From an uncultured virus (IMG/VR IMGVR_UViG_3300034106_003629) (taxonomy: Duplodnaviria > Heunggongvirae > Uroviricota > Caudoviricetes), in the IMG/VR virus record IMGVR_UViG_3300034106_003629: 20,000 nt of DNA. One strand, written 5' to 3'. Made by a program: the position numbers and the translations under genes. Below are positions 7,413 to 14,961 of the stretch, piece by piece. Position 1 is the stretch's first letter; each line of letters begins with the position of its first letter. The notes under the pieces are model-generated. The model was not told the DNA's origin. It did not search any database and worked only from the letters and a program-made list of their open reading frames with translations.

Positions 7413-7606
7413 GGTAGTAGAGGTGGTATTACTCCAATAAGTCGAAGAAGACCTTCAGCAAAAAGTGAAAGAACAACCCAACCAACACACATTGAAATAA
7501 CCGAAGCATTACGATTATGTCTTCGTATGGCATCATCAATCATCTCCTGACACTGCTTCTGTGTCACATAATGTTCTGAATTTATTTTAGTCATTCTGTG
7601 GACCAC
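7388..7606 (-). CDS. small membrane protein, cyanophage-type hypothetical
   Basis: CQEMIDDAIRRHNRNASVISMCVGWVVLSLFAEGLLRL; part of an overlapping ORF chain. Confidence 0.7.
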   Translation of the reverse strand: MVHRMTKINSEHYVTQKQCQEMIDDAIRRHNRNASVISMCVGWVVLSLFAEGLLRLIGVIPPLLPWLNITLK

Positions 7607-7847
7607 GGAACTCGTCTTGCTCTAATTGGGTCAATCTCCTTTCCCATGTTATCCCACTTGTTGAACCTTTGCATGGATTTATGCAGGTTTCATCACCAAA
7701 GTTATTACATACAAGACCTGCAAGATCATGTGGGTCACCTTCTTTCCCAGTACCAGACCAATAATGCTGCCCATTCAACCAAATGGCACCACACTTAGGA
7801 CATTCCTTCCTATCAATAGACAGGTCGGACAGTTCTTTATTATTCAT
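7587..7847 (-). CDS. Cys-rich hypothetical protein
   Basis: CPKCGAIWLNGQHYW...DLAGLVCN...CINPC. Confidence 0.75.
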   Translation of the reverse strand: MNNKELSDLSIDRKECPKCGAIWLNGQHYWSGTGKEGDPHDLAGLVCNNFGDETCINPCKGSTSGITWERRLTQLEQDEFRGPQND

Positions 7848-8079
7848 TAGGATAATCCTTTAGAAATTTTTCGTAGCTCTTTGTGTCTTTAATTAGCTGA
7901 CGCTTTAATTTCCATCCTAAAACTTTCATTTGCATCCGAATAAAAAAGTGACGCAATTCAAGATCCAGATATGTAAAAACTCTCATGGTCCCTTCAAGTC
8001 CTGCATAGGCAACCATAAGTCCAAGGATTATTATTGTTATATAAAATCCTAGTAAAGGAGTTGTTGTAGATGGGTCCAT
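7840..8079 (-). CDS. small membrane-anchored hypothetical protein
   Basis: N-terminal TM segment; first gene after the promoter at 8108-8136. Confidence 0.7.
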   Translation of the reverse strand: MDPSTTTPLLGFYITIIILGLMVAYAGLEGTMRVFTYLDLELRHFFIRMQMKVLGWKLKRQLIKDTKSYEKFLKDYPNE

Positions 8080-8107
8080 TAAGGCACAGTGCTACGTGTA
8101 CTTACAA

Positions 8108-8160
8108 ATTGTATATAGGTAATACAATAATGTCAACGTCTCATTAGTATCTCCTGATAC
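8108..8160 (-). promoter_or_regulatory. sigma70 promoter with upstream NtcA-like palindrome
   Basis: TTGACA(8136-8131)-N17-TACAAT; GTA-TCTCCTGA-TAC (GTA-N8-TAC) at 8147-8160 inside TTAGTATC/GATACTAA. Confidence 0.6.
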
Positions 8161-8195
8161 TAAGTTTAATAACAATCAAAAGAAATAGTTAAAAA

Positions 8196-8281
8196 CGGAA
8201 GCGGTAGGATTTGAACCCACGAACGCTGTTAACGTTGGTTGTTTTCAAGACAACTGCCATAAACCACTCGGCCACGCTTCC
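8196..8281 (-). tRNA. tRNA-Ser(TGA)
   Basis: GGAAGCG/CGCTTCC, loop CTTGAAA, long variable arm, G73. Confidence 0.95.
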
Positions 8282-8298
8282 AGTATTTGATTTCTTAT

Positions 8299-8327
8299 AG
8301 TATAATATATCTATATTATTTTGTCAA
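8299..8327 (-). promoter_or_regulatory. sigma70 promoter for tRNA-Ser
   Basis: TTGACA-N17-TATACT. Confidence 0.7.
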
Positions 8328-8329
8328 AC

Positions 8330-8929
8330 ATGAACATAGATGAATATCTTTTAAGTCTAGGATATGACGATAAAGAGACCTTATACGAACCTGGTAAGAA
8401 GTTATCTATAAAAATTCCATTTGATTTTAATGGTAAAAGAATTAATATCTGCCCATACATTGTTCCATATTATAGCAAAAAAAGTTACATAGCAGCAGAA
8501 TATAATTACTCAGTTTACTACGACAATCCAGAAGTAACCAAACAAAAAATTCTAAATTTAATCAAATACATTAAATATCCAGAACCAGGTAGAGTTGGTG
8601 ATATTGGATGGGAAGCAGAATATCTTGTAGACCCCAGAGAATTTACTGCTGAAGAAAGAGCACGTATTGTTGTATCTAGTTTTAAAAAATTTAGAACCTT
8701 AATTTTAAAAGGTGAATGGTTGGACGGAATCAGAGCACAACCAGGTGATATTGTAGCATCTAAACCAATAGGAATTAAATTTGATATGGGATTTAATGAA
8801 GAATCGGAAAAAGAAGGAACTCTCCAAAGAAGCATACTTTCAAAAAAAGTATTCAGGTTTGGAGAGTTAAAAGAAGATGGAATGCAATATTCAATTATTG
8901 GAGAAGATTTAGATATGCATCCTATCTAA
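8330..8929 (+). CDS. hypothetical protein (about 200 aa) on the opposite strand
   Basis: Long AT-rich ORF from the ATG at 8330 (MNIDEY); no recognisable motif. Confidence 0.75.
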   Translation: MNIDEYLLSLGYDDKETLYEPGKKLSIKIPFDFNGKRINICPYIVPYYSKKSYIAAEYNYSVYYDNPEVTKQKILNLIKYIKYPEPGRVGDIGWEAEYLVDPREFTAEERARIVVSSFKKFRTLILKGEWLDGIRAQPGDIVASKPIGIKFDMGFNEESEKEGTLQRSILSKKVFRFGELKEDGMQYSIIGEDLDMHPI

Positions 8930-9173
8930 CTTCAAAGTCCAACTTACGGACTTTCCTTTGCCTTCTACTTTCTTGCCAAGAAATATCATCAGAAGATAAG
9001 ACTCCAATATTTTTATTTGGGGTCTTAGTACTTTCAATAATAATGACTTGACTAAGGTCATTTGCAAAAATAGTATCATTCTTAATAGATGTCATATTAG
9101 GACATCCACAAGAAATAGTTTTTGCAACATGAGCTTGCAGTTCTTTATTGCAAGATTTACAACGTATTAACAT
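8922..9173 (-). CDS. small putative zinc-binding protein
   Basis: IRCKSCNKEL...SCGCPNM; C-terminal RRQRKVRKLDFEVR. Confidence 0.75.
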   Translation of the reverse strand: MLIRCKSCNKELQAHVAKTISCGCPNMTSIKNDTIFANDLSQVIIIESTKTPNKNIGVLSSDDISWQESRRQRKVRKLDFEVR

Positions 9174-9200
9174 TTTATCAAACCATATATTAAATATGTA

Positions 9201-9272
9201 TGGGCGAAGAGGGGATCGAACCCCCGACCGACTGGGTGTAAACCAGTAGCTCTACCGCTGAGCTATTCGCCC
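9201..9272 (-). tRNA. tRNA-Val(TAC)
   Basis: GGGCGAA/TTCGCCC, loop TTTACAC, T-loop GTTCGATCC. Confidence 0.95.
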
Positions 9273-9277
9273 TTAAT

Positions 9278-9451
9278 GAGTAGTGAGTGCCCACCACTCG
9301 CGGAAGACACTTTCCGCAAAAGCTTCACTTTCGTGAAGAGTCAATAGACACGCTATTGACATGTTTTTTGTTACTGGCGGGGGTGATCAAGTCCCCGACC
9401 TAAGCGAACTTAGGATTTAGTAAGGAAGACCCAGACATTTCTAGACCTTCC
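9278..9451 (-). ncRNA. candidate structured RNA: run of hairpins plus a three-way junction
   Basis: Seven stem-loops, including CCTAAG-TTCG-CTTAGG and CTTCAC-GAAA-GTGAAG, fill the spacer between tRNA-Asn and tRNA-Val. Confidence 0.5.
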
Positions 9452-9453
9452 AA

Positions 9454-9525
9454 CTGCCCAGCCTGGGATCGAACCAGGGACCAATCGATTAACAGTCGAT
9501 AGCTCTACCGCTGAGCTACTAGGCA
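9454..9525 (-). tRNA. tRNA-Asn(GTT)
   Basis: TGCCTAG/CTGGGCA, loop CTGTTAA, G73. Confidence 0.95.
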
Positions 9526-9596
9526 TTATATTTTTTTATTTAATCACCTATAAATGTTATCACACTTATTTTAAATTGTCAAGTAGGTTTTTTTAT

Positions 9597-10244
9597 TTAG
9601 AGTAAATCATCAATCTTAACTTTTTGATCAAAGCATAAACAATACCTTGGGGTTGACAAAGTATTATAAACCATATGAGTAGTATTTCCCCAAAAAAACA
9701 TAAATTTATTATTTTCAAAATATTCACTAAATACTCCCTTTTGAGTATTCAATGCCAAAAATGCATACTCATCTTTAGATGATTGAACGTCTAATCCCCA
9801 CAAACCCCTAATAGTGATGTAATCATCATCAGAAGGATCATTATCTACATGCCAGTCAATTGCTTTACCTGGATAAACAACACTAATACCAACCCTTTGT
9901 CTTAAACCAGACTGATAAGAAACATTAGTTAAAGTTGGTAGATATTCTGCATTATCGCTGTAAATAATATCTCTTTCATAATCTATATGAGCCTTGGTTT
10001 TGTAAACATGCTCATAGTAATGTCTATTCTGTTCAATATAATTATTATATTCAAGATATAATGCAGCAACTTGCCACCCATCATATGGGTTTGATTTTAC
10101 AGACGTGTAATAATTATTACCTGCCCAATTTGTCCAAATAAGTTTATCCTTATTTTGATTAAACTCTTCAACAATTGATTGATAATTGTCAGAGAGGAGT
10201 TTAAGTTCAGGATTTATTTCTTCTAAAGAATAAAATCTTCCCAT
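9597..10244 (-). CDS. aspartyl/asparaginyl beta-hydroxylase-family oxygenase
   Basis: GWQVAAL, ISVVYPGKAIDWHVD, THMVYNTLSTPRYCLCFD; likely start MGRFYS. Confidence 0.82.
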   Translation of the reverse strand: MGRFYSLEEINPELKLLSDNYQSIVEEFNQNKDKLIWTNWAGNNYYTSVKSNPYDGWQVAALYLEYNNYIEQNRHYYEHVYKTKAHIDYERDIIYSDNAEYLPTLTNVSYQSGLRQRVGISVVYPGKAIDWHVDNDPSDDDYITIRGLWGLDVQSSKDEYAFLALNTQKGVFSEYFENNKFMFFWGNTTHMVYNTLSTPRYCLCFDQKVKIDDLL

Positions 10245-10305
10245 AATAGTATGAAATATCAGTAATGGATCTGGTGATATATGTAACATACTCAATTATT
10301 AGTTA

Positions 10306-10378
10306 TGGAGAATAGCGGACTCGAACCGCTGACATCCTGCTTGCAAAGCAGGCGCTCTACCAACTGAGCTAATTCCCC
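10306..10378 (-). tRNA. tRNA-Ala(TGC)
   Basis: GGGGAAT/ATTCTCC with G3-U70, loop TTTGCAA. Confidence 0.96.
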
Positions 10379-10455
<77 letters not shown>

Positions 10456-10463
10456 ATAAGACA

Positions 10464-10492
10464 ATTATACCAGTGATGGATTTAATTGTCAA
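10464..10492 (-). promoter_or_regulatory. consensus sigma70 promoter for tRNA-Arg/Ala
   Basis: TTGACA-N17-TATAAT with TG extended -10. Confidence 0.85.
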
Positions 10493-10494
10493 GG

Positions 10495-10576
10495 TGGGCA
10501 GGGAGGGATTTGAACCCCCGTAGGCAGAGCCAGCGGATTTACAGTCCGCCTCCATTAACCACTCGGACACCTACCC
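10495..10576 (-). tRNA. tRNA-Tyr(GTA)
   Basis: GGGTAGG/CCTGCCC, loop CTGTAAA, long variable arm. Confidence 0.95.
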
Positions 10577-10579
10577 ATG

Positions 10580-10661
10580 TGGACACTGACCTGATGGTTA
10601 CTCTTTCTGCGGAGGGAGGCGTCAGTTTTTTATATCCAAGCAAGCACCTTGCTGGAGTCCA
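10580..10661 (-). ncRNA. candidate small RNA preceding tRNA-Tyr
   Basis: Closing stem TGGAC/GTCCA, inner TCCAGCAAG/CTTGCTTGGA and CTGAC/GTCAG; begins at the expected TSS of the promoter at 10669-10697. Confidence 0.5.
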
Positions 10662-10668
10662 TGTGGTA

Positions 10669-10697
10669 ATGATATCACTGTTTGGGGCAGTCGTCAA
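10669..10697 (-). promoter_or_regulatory. sigma70 promoter
   Basis: TTGACG-N17-TATCAT with TG extended -10. Confidence 0.6.
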
Positions 10698-11076
10698 CCC
10701 AGGGAGCACACAATCTCATTTCACCTCCAAGAACTGATTGGGCATAAGACCCATCTGGTGGTTTCTCTGAGTATCGTGGTTTAGGCATTCTAACCTTTCC
10801 ATCGTCCCCTGTCAAGCGTTCATACTCTGCAATTGCTGCATCAACATCACGCTTAATTCTTCTTTCAAGTTTCTTATCATCCTTAATCACAAACTCATTA
10901 AGTATTGTGCCTGGAAAATATTTTCTTTGAATTTCGTCCAGTAAGTCCCAAAGACCAGTCTCAGAAACTCCTGTGCATTGTGAAAGTGCTGCAATAATAG
11001 AAGATAATACTATACCGATTATTGCGTATTGTTTTATGTCTGGTTTTTTCTTACCAAGATTAAAATTAACCCTCAT
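10675..11076 (-). CDS. hypothetical membrane-anchored protein
   Basis: N-terminal TM (YAIIGIVLSSIIAALSQC); C-terminal GGEMRLCAPWVDDC. Confidence 0.75.
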   Translation of the reverse strand: MRVNFNLGKKKPDIKQYAIIGIVLSSIIAALSQCTGVSETGLWDLLDEIQRKYFPGTILNEFVIKDDKKLERRIKRDVDAAIAEYERLTGDDGKVRMPKPRYSEKPPDGSYAQSVLGGEMRLCAPWVDDCPKQ

Positions 11077-11227
11077 TACATTCAAGATATTTTTGTATCA
11101 CTTCATTATTTTTCTTTTGAACTTTCAAAAGTTCATCATAATCCATACCCAAGTAAGAGGCAAAACCTTTTAGATCTTCATGCCCAAAAGTATTTAAATT
11201 GGAAGTTATAGATTTGTCTTGTGTCAT
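11066..11227 (-). CDS. small hypothetical protein (53 aa)
   Basis: Manual translation MTQDKSITSNLNTFGHEDLKGFASYLGMDYDELLKVQKKNNEVIQKYLECNEG. Confidence 0.55.
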   Translation of the reverse strand: MTQDKSITSNLNTFGHEDLKGFASYLGMDYDELLKVQKKNNEVIQKYLECNEG

Positions 11228-11251
11228 AACTTTTATTTAAATTAAATTACT

Positions 11252-11277
11252 AAAAAAGGGAGTTCTGTAGAACTCCC
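11252..11277 (-). terminator. intrinsic terminator after the lysozyme gene
   Basis: Minus strand GGGAGTTC-TACA-GAACTCCC followed by TTTTTT. Confidence 0.85.
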
Positions 11278-11295
11278 CAATATTTATTCAGTTTG

Positions 11296-11943
11296 TTAAA
11301 CTTCTACCGTGATCAGTTTAGAAGCATAATCATGAGCATACGAAGTGCGAGCACCATGATGCCCCCAACCAATCCAACTATACGCATAGTCCATGTAACG
11401 ATTGATGGACTTACCAGGAGTTTTCATCCTGTCCTCAATTCGTTGCCATTGAACCTCAGTCGTTAGATAACGAAGTTGCGTGTGAAGTGCTGATGGAGAA
11501 CCACCATACCTCTTAGCAAAATCACCCAATCCATAATAACGATCGGCAGATGTCCATTGAATCAGTCCGTAACCGCGTCCGCAGTTACTCCAACTGGTTC
11601 TACTACCACCTTCGCAAATGTTAGGAATAAAAGTTGATTCCTGACGAATATTGCCCATGATGGTAGCAAGGGCGTTTCTGTCTTTAATACCACGCTCCTG
11701 GAAAAATACCAGGGTAGCATTCTCATGTTCATTACACCCTTTACAAATAAGCCTTTTCTCTTTTGGCTTTGGTAGTGCAACCTCGCGGATTGCTGTCTTC
11801 TTTTCATCTACAAGATTCATTTTAATTGTCTCTTCCACTGGAGGTGGGGGACCTTGCATCTTGTAGTTGACGAATGGCAGTGATGCCGTACTGGTTGTAA
11901 CCGATGCCAGAAGGGGCAGGGCTACTGTAAAGAAATTTTGCAT
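11296..11943 (-). CDS. phage tail-type lysozyme / cell wall hydrolase (Phage_lysozyme2-like) with signal peptide
   Basis: ALATIMGNIRQES (catalytic Glu) and GYGLIQWT; N-terminal signal-like segment. Confidence 0.82.
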   Translation of the reverse strand: MQNFFTVALPLLASVTTSTASLPFVNYKMQGPPPPVEETIKMNLVDEKKTAIREVALPKPKEKRLICKGCNEHENATLVFFQERGIKDRNALATIMGNIRQESTFIPNICEGGSRTSWSNCGRGYGLIQWTSADRYYGLGDFAKRYGGSPSALHTQLRYLTTEVQWQRIEDRMKTPGKSINRYMDYAYSWIGWGHHGARTSYAHDYASKLITVEV

Positions 11944-11954
11944 TTAAATTGATA

Positions 11955-12068
11955 GAACTCTACATCCGTATAGAAAGGGGGTACACCCTCTTTTCAAAGG
12001 GCACTTTCCACGGCTCTAAATGTCACTTCAAGGACTCATTATGACAAAACCCACCTTTTGAGTGGGTT
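11955..12068 (-). promoter_or_regulatory. structured 5' leader of the lysozyme gene
   Basis: AACCCAC/GTGGGTT, TGTCA/TGACA, and nested AGAGC/GTTCT, CCGTGGAAAG/CTTTCTATACGG, TGCCCTTT-GAAA-AGAGGGTG. Confidence 0.5.
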
Positions 12069-12074
12069 CCCTGC

Positions 12075-12103
12075 ATAATAAGTTATTATTTAGATTTTGT
12101 CAA
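12075..12103 (-). promoter_or_regulatory. sigma70 promoter with embedded CTAAATA late-like motif
   Basis: TTGACA-N17-TATTAT. Confidence 0.6.
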
Positions 12104-12161
12104 GAATTCAATTTAAAACAAATACCACCTAAATAACAGTAGTGTTTACTACTTAAGAAAA

Positions 12162-12623
12162 ATGAAAAGACTTCTTCTAGTTTTTTCGTTATTCTTCATT
12201 ACTCCTGCAAGTGCTGCTGAAATTACATCAAGAATTACTGATTCTGTTCAACTAAATGTTCAGGGTGCTGCGGTACAATCAACTCGAATTGGAGCATCTT
12301 ATTCTGCTTCAGGTACAAATATTCAATCAACCTCCTTTGGTGGAGTGAATGGTGCTGGAACTTATGATATCAATACAGCAGGTCAAGCATTCAGTTTCTC
12401 AGAATCTTTCAATGCTGCTGATACGCCAGTCACCACTCAGTCGGTCAGTGGTGGAGTTATTGCTTCTCCCAACCTTTATGGGGATTCTGTTACTCAGTTA
12501 GCAGGAGACAAAGGTTCTCTCGCTGGTACATTATCACCTACTGGTGTTCCTACAGTCACTGCTGGTGGTCCTGGAACCACCGCAACTGCACAACGTAGTA
12601 TTGAGTTAAGCGTATTCAAATGA
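12162..12623 (+). CDS. secreted/structural hypothetical protein
   Basis: Signal peptide MKRLLLVFSLFFITPASAA; S/T/G-rich beta-type sequence. Confidence 0.8.
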   Translation: MKRLLLVFSLFFITPASAAEITSRITDSVQLNVQGAAVQSTRIGASYSASGTNIQSTSFGGVNGAGTYDINTAGQAFSFSESFNAADTPVTTQSVSGGVIASPNLYGDSVTQLAGDKGSLAGTLSPTGVPTVTAGGPGTTATAQRSIELSVFK

Positions 12624-12985
12624 GACATCTAACTCCCGTCTTGCTTTTAGCAGCGGGAGTCATTTGTACTCCTGCTATGGCTAATACTGTTGTGCCTAAT
12701 TTTACTAGAGGTACAATCAACGCAACAACTGAATCAACTACAAAAGTTATAGAAACAATTCGCCAAGTTGAATATGCAACTGGCACATCTTATACTGTGA
12801 CTGGAACTAATATTAACATTCCTGGCACTCCTCAACAAGGAGCAAACTACAGTATTATGAATCAAGGTGCTCCCTTCCAGTTTAGTGAGACTTATCTCGG
12901 TCCTGGAGTGGCAAAGGAAACATGGATAGATCGCACCACAGAAACCCAATCAACAACTACATCAATATCAGTCTTTACGCAGTAG
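12620..12985 (+). CDS. secreted/structural hypothetical protein
   Basis: Signal peptide; VVPNFTRG...GAPFQFSETY; ATGA coupling. Confidence 0.8.
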   Translation: MRHLTPVLLLAAGVICTPAMANTVVPNFTRGTINATTESTTKVIETIRQVEYATGTSYTVTGTNINIPGTPQQGANYSIMNQGAPFQFSETYLGPGVAKETWIDRTTETQSTTTSISVFTQ

Positions 12986-13509
12986 CAACCATTTTAGTAT
13001 TAACACTTGCAGGTTCTACCAGAAGTAAAGCACAACAAGCACCTTCTAATACAAATATTGCAGGACCTTCAGCATCTGCTACTGGTAATGTTACAAACCA
13101 GGCCGTGCAGGTGTTACAAGGTCCTTATGCAGTCAACACTTATGGTGGAGGTGTAAGTTGTCAAGGACCAACCATGAGTTTTTCCCCATTTGTATTGGGA
13201 AGTATGAATGGTAGTCAAGACCCATCAACATTCCAATCCCATAATGGTAACGCTGGTGTCAGTATGGGATTTAACTTCCCTTTGGATGGGGGACTAACAG
13301 AACTTTGTAAAGAAAGAGCAAGGTCAGAAATCAAAAGACAAAATGCTGAATCAGATAAAGCAAGACTTGATTTTGAATTAGTAAGACTTTTAAAGTGTGG
13401 TGAGGCAATCAAGTCTGGTATTACATTTCATCCAGAAAGTCCCTACCATAAAATCTGTGCCGACGTAGTTGTGAGGTATCCAAATGGATCTCATACCACC
13501 AATAAGTAA
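12922..13509 (+). CDS. secreted hypothetical protein
   Basis: Signal/TM segment, GGGVSCQGPT, RLDFELVRLLKCGE, ICADV. Confidence 0.8.
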   Translation: MDRSHHRNPINNYINISLYAVATILVLTLAGSTRSKAQQAPSNTNIAGPSASATGNVTNQAVQVLQGPYAVNTYGGGVSCQGPTMSFSPFVLGSMNGSQDPSTFQSHNGNAGVSMGFNFPLDGGLTELCKERARSEIKRQNAESDKARLDFELVRLLKCGEAIKSGITFHPESPYHKICADVVVRYPNGSHTTNK

Positions 13510-14353
13510 TGCAAATGGAATTGCCAATATAAAAACTAATACCAACGAAGTACCAAAAGTTGGTATTAATGGTCCTAGTGTTATTTCAACAATAGAACCA
13601 CCAGTTCTTCGTAGTGTAGAAGTTCCTGTTGTTCGTGGAATGGCACTTCCAGTATTTGAAATGCCAAATACTTCTATTAAATATCCAATTATTAATGTAC
13701 CTACACAAGAAGAGTTTGATGCTGCTGTAAGGGCGGATAAAGAAAAGCAGGCACAAGAAGATGCAGCAAAAAATAGAGGACTTCCAGACTCTACCCCCCC
13801 ACCTCAACTGCCTCAAGTTACTCAAACCCCTCCCACACAAACACCTATTGCTGAGATACCAGCGGATAAACCAAAAACAACACCATCTTTTAGTGTTTAT
13901 GGAGTCGATATTAATTTACCTGACCCTTCTCTTGTTGCTACGGCTGGTGCTGTCGCAGTAGTAACCACTGCTGCTACAATGGCATCAACAACAGTTTTAA
14001 ATGTAGTTAAAAACGCTGCTGAACCATTGATTAGAGAAGCAACAAAAAACAAATTTAAAATTAAAATTAAACAAGTTAAACCTGTTCTACATTATGTCAT
14101 GTCAGACGGTGGACATGTTGATATATTTGAATACTCTGCAGATGGCACCCGCTTAGTAGCGCAGACAGATAACGTAGAGCAGTATATCCGCGACCAAGTA
14201 GAGACCAATGCTTACTATGAAATGGACAATAAAATTATTATTGATGATGTAATGAAAGATAAATTCACAAAAGAGGGGCAAGAGAGATTTAAAGGTCTCT
14301 ATGCCCCACCTAAAAAGATTGCTAAGAAGTTATCAGCTCGACTTTCTTTTTGA
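13484..14353 (+). CDS. Pro-rich hypothetical protein with hydrophobic segment
   Basis: 289-aa ORF; P/T/Q-rich linker followed by ATAGAVAVVTTAATMAST. Confidence 0.8.
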   Translation: MDLIPPISNANGIANIKTNTNEVPKVGINGPSVISTIEPPVLRSVEVPVVRGMALPVFEMPNTSIKYPIINVPTQEEFDAAVRADKEKQAQEDAAKNRGLPDSTPPPQLPQVTQTPPTQTPIAEIPADKPKTTPSFSVYGVDINLPDPSLVATAGAVAVVTTAATMASTTVLNVVKNAAEPLIREATKNKFKIKIKQVKPVLHYVMSDGGHVDIFEYSADGTRLVAQTDNVEQYIRDQVETNAYYEMDNKIIIDDVMKDKFTKEGQERFKGLYAPPKKIAKKLSARLSF

Positions 14354-14749
14354 TAGAAGTAGGTCGAAATCTTTCTTCTTTGTTCCACCATCATATTCCC
14401 AAGCATAACCTTCAGTAATCATTTGATTGTTGATGGAAATCTCTTCACCATTGACATATAGATGACCAATGATACGACCATACTTTTCGGTACTATCAGG
14501 TAGTTCTGTTTTGATTAAAATATCTTTAGCAAATTTTAGTCTTTCTTTGAGCCAATCTTTAACTTCGAGACCAAGTTTCTTTTCATACGCATCAGTTGTC
14601 CTGCTCTCTGGGGTATCGATACCAGCAAGACGAATTCGCTTAGTAAGGGAGATATCAAAACCCAAATCAATGTCAGCGTCAATAGTGTCGCCATCTACTA
14701 CCTTGTGAACTGAACGTATTCTATAGACGTAAGGATCTTTGTCAGCCAT
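14333..14749 (-). CDS. thermonuclease (SNase-like) family protein
   Basis: KVVDGDTID, RIRLAGIDTPE, EKYGRIIG, INNQMITEGYAWEY. Confidence 0.92.
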   Translation of the reverse strand: MADKDPYVYRIRSVHKVVDGDTIDADIDLGFDISLTKRIRLAGIDTPESRTTDAYEKKLGLEVKDWLKERLKFAKDILIKTELPDSTEKYGRIIGHLYVNGEEISINNQMITEGYAWEYDGGTKKKDFDLLLSKRKSS

Positions 14750-14961
14750 TAGAATGGTAATTTAAACTTCTCAGTATTTAGTTTGGGAATAGGTAGTTTT
14801 TCAAATGCCTTATTAACCTGCTTCTCTACAACGGCACCAACAAACTCTTCTGGGTTGTTAAGAATCTTCTGTGCTTTCTGATAAGTTACATAAGCACCAT
14901 AACAAAGTGCTCCACTAATCGCTAGACTTGTCGCTGACAGAATGATCGCTAGGTTCTTCAT
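14749..14961 (-). CDS. small membrane-anchored protein
   Basis: N-terminal hydrophobic segment; its stop overlaps the next gene's start. Confidence 0.7.
   Translation of the reverse strand: MKNLAIILSATSLAISGALCYGAYVTYQKAQKILNNPEEFVGAVVEKQVNKAFEKLPIPKLNTEKFKLPF

Noticed and set aside
8518..8835. 105-aa minus-strand ORF
   Set aside because: Antisense shadow of the 8330..8929 gene.
9278..9451. CRISPR array or terminator series
   Set aside because: The hairpins differ in sequence (no direct repeats or spacers) and mostly lack U-tracts.
10486..10737. 83-aa plus-strand ORF
   Set aside because: Antisense to tRNA-Tyr and its leader.
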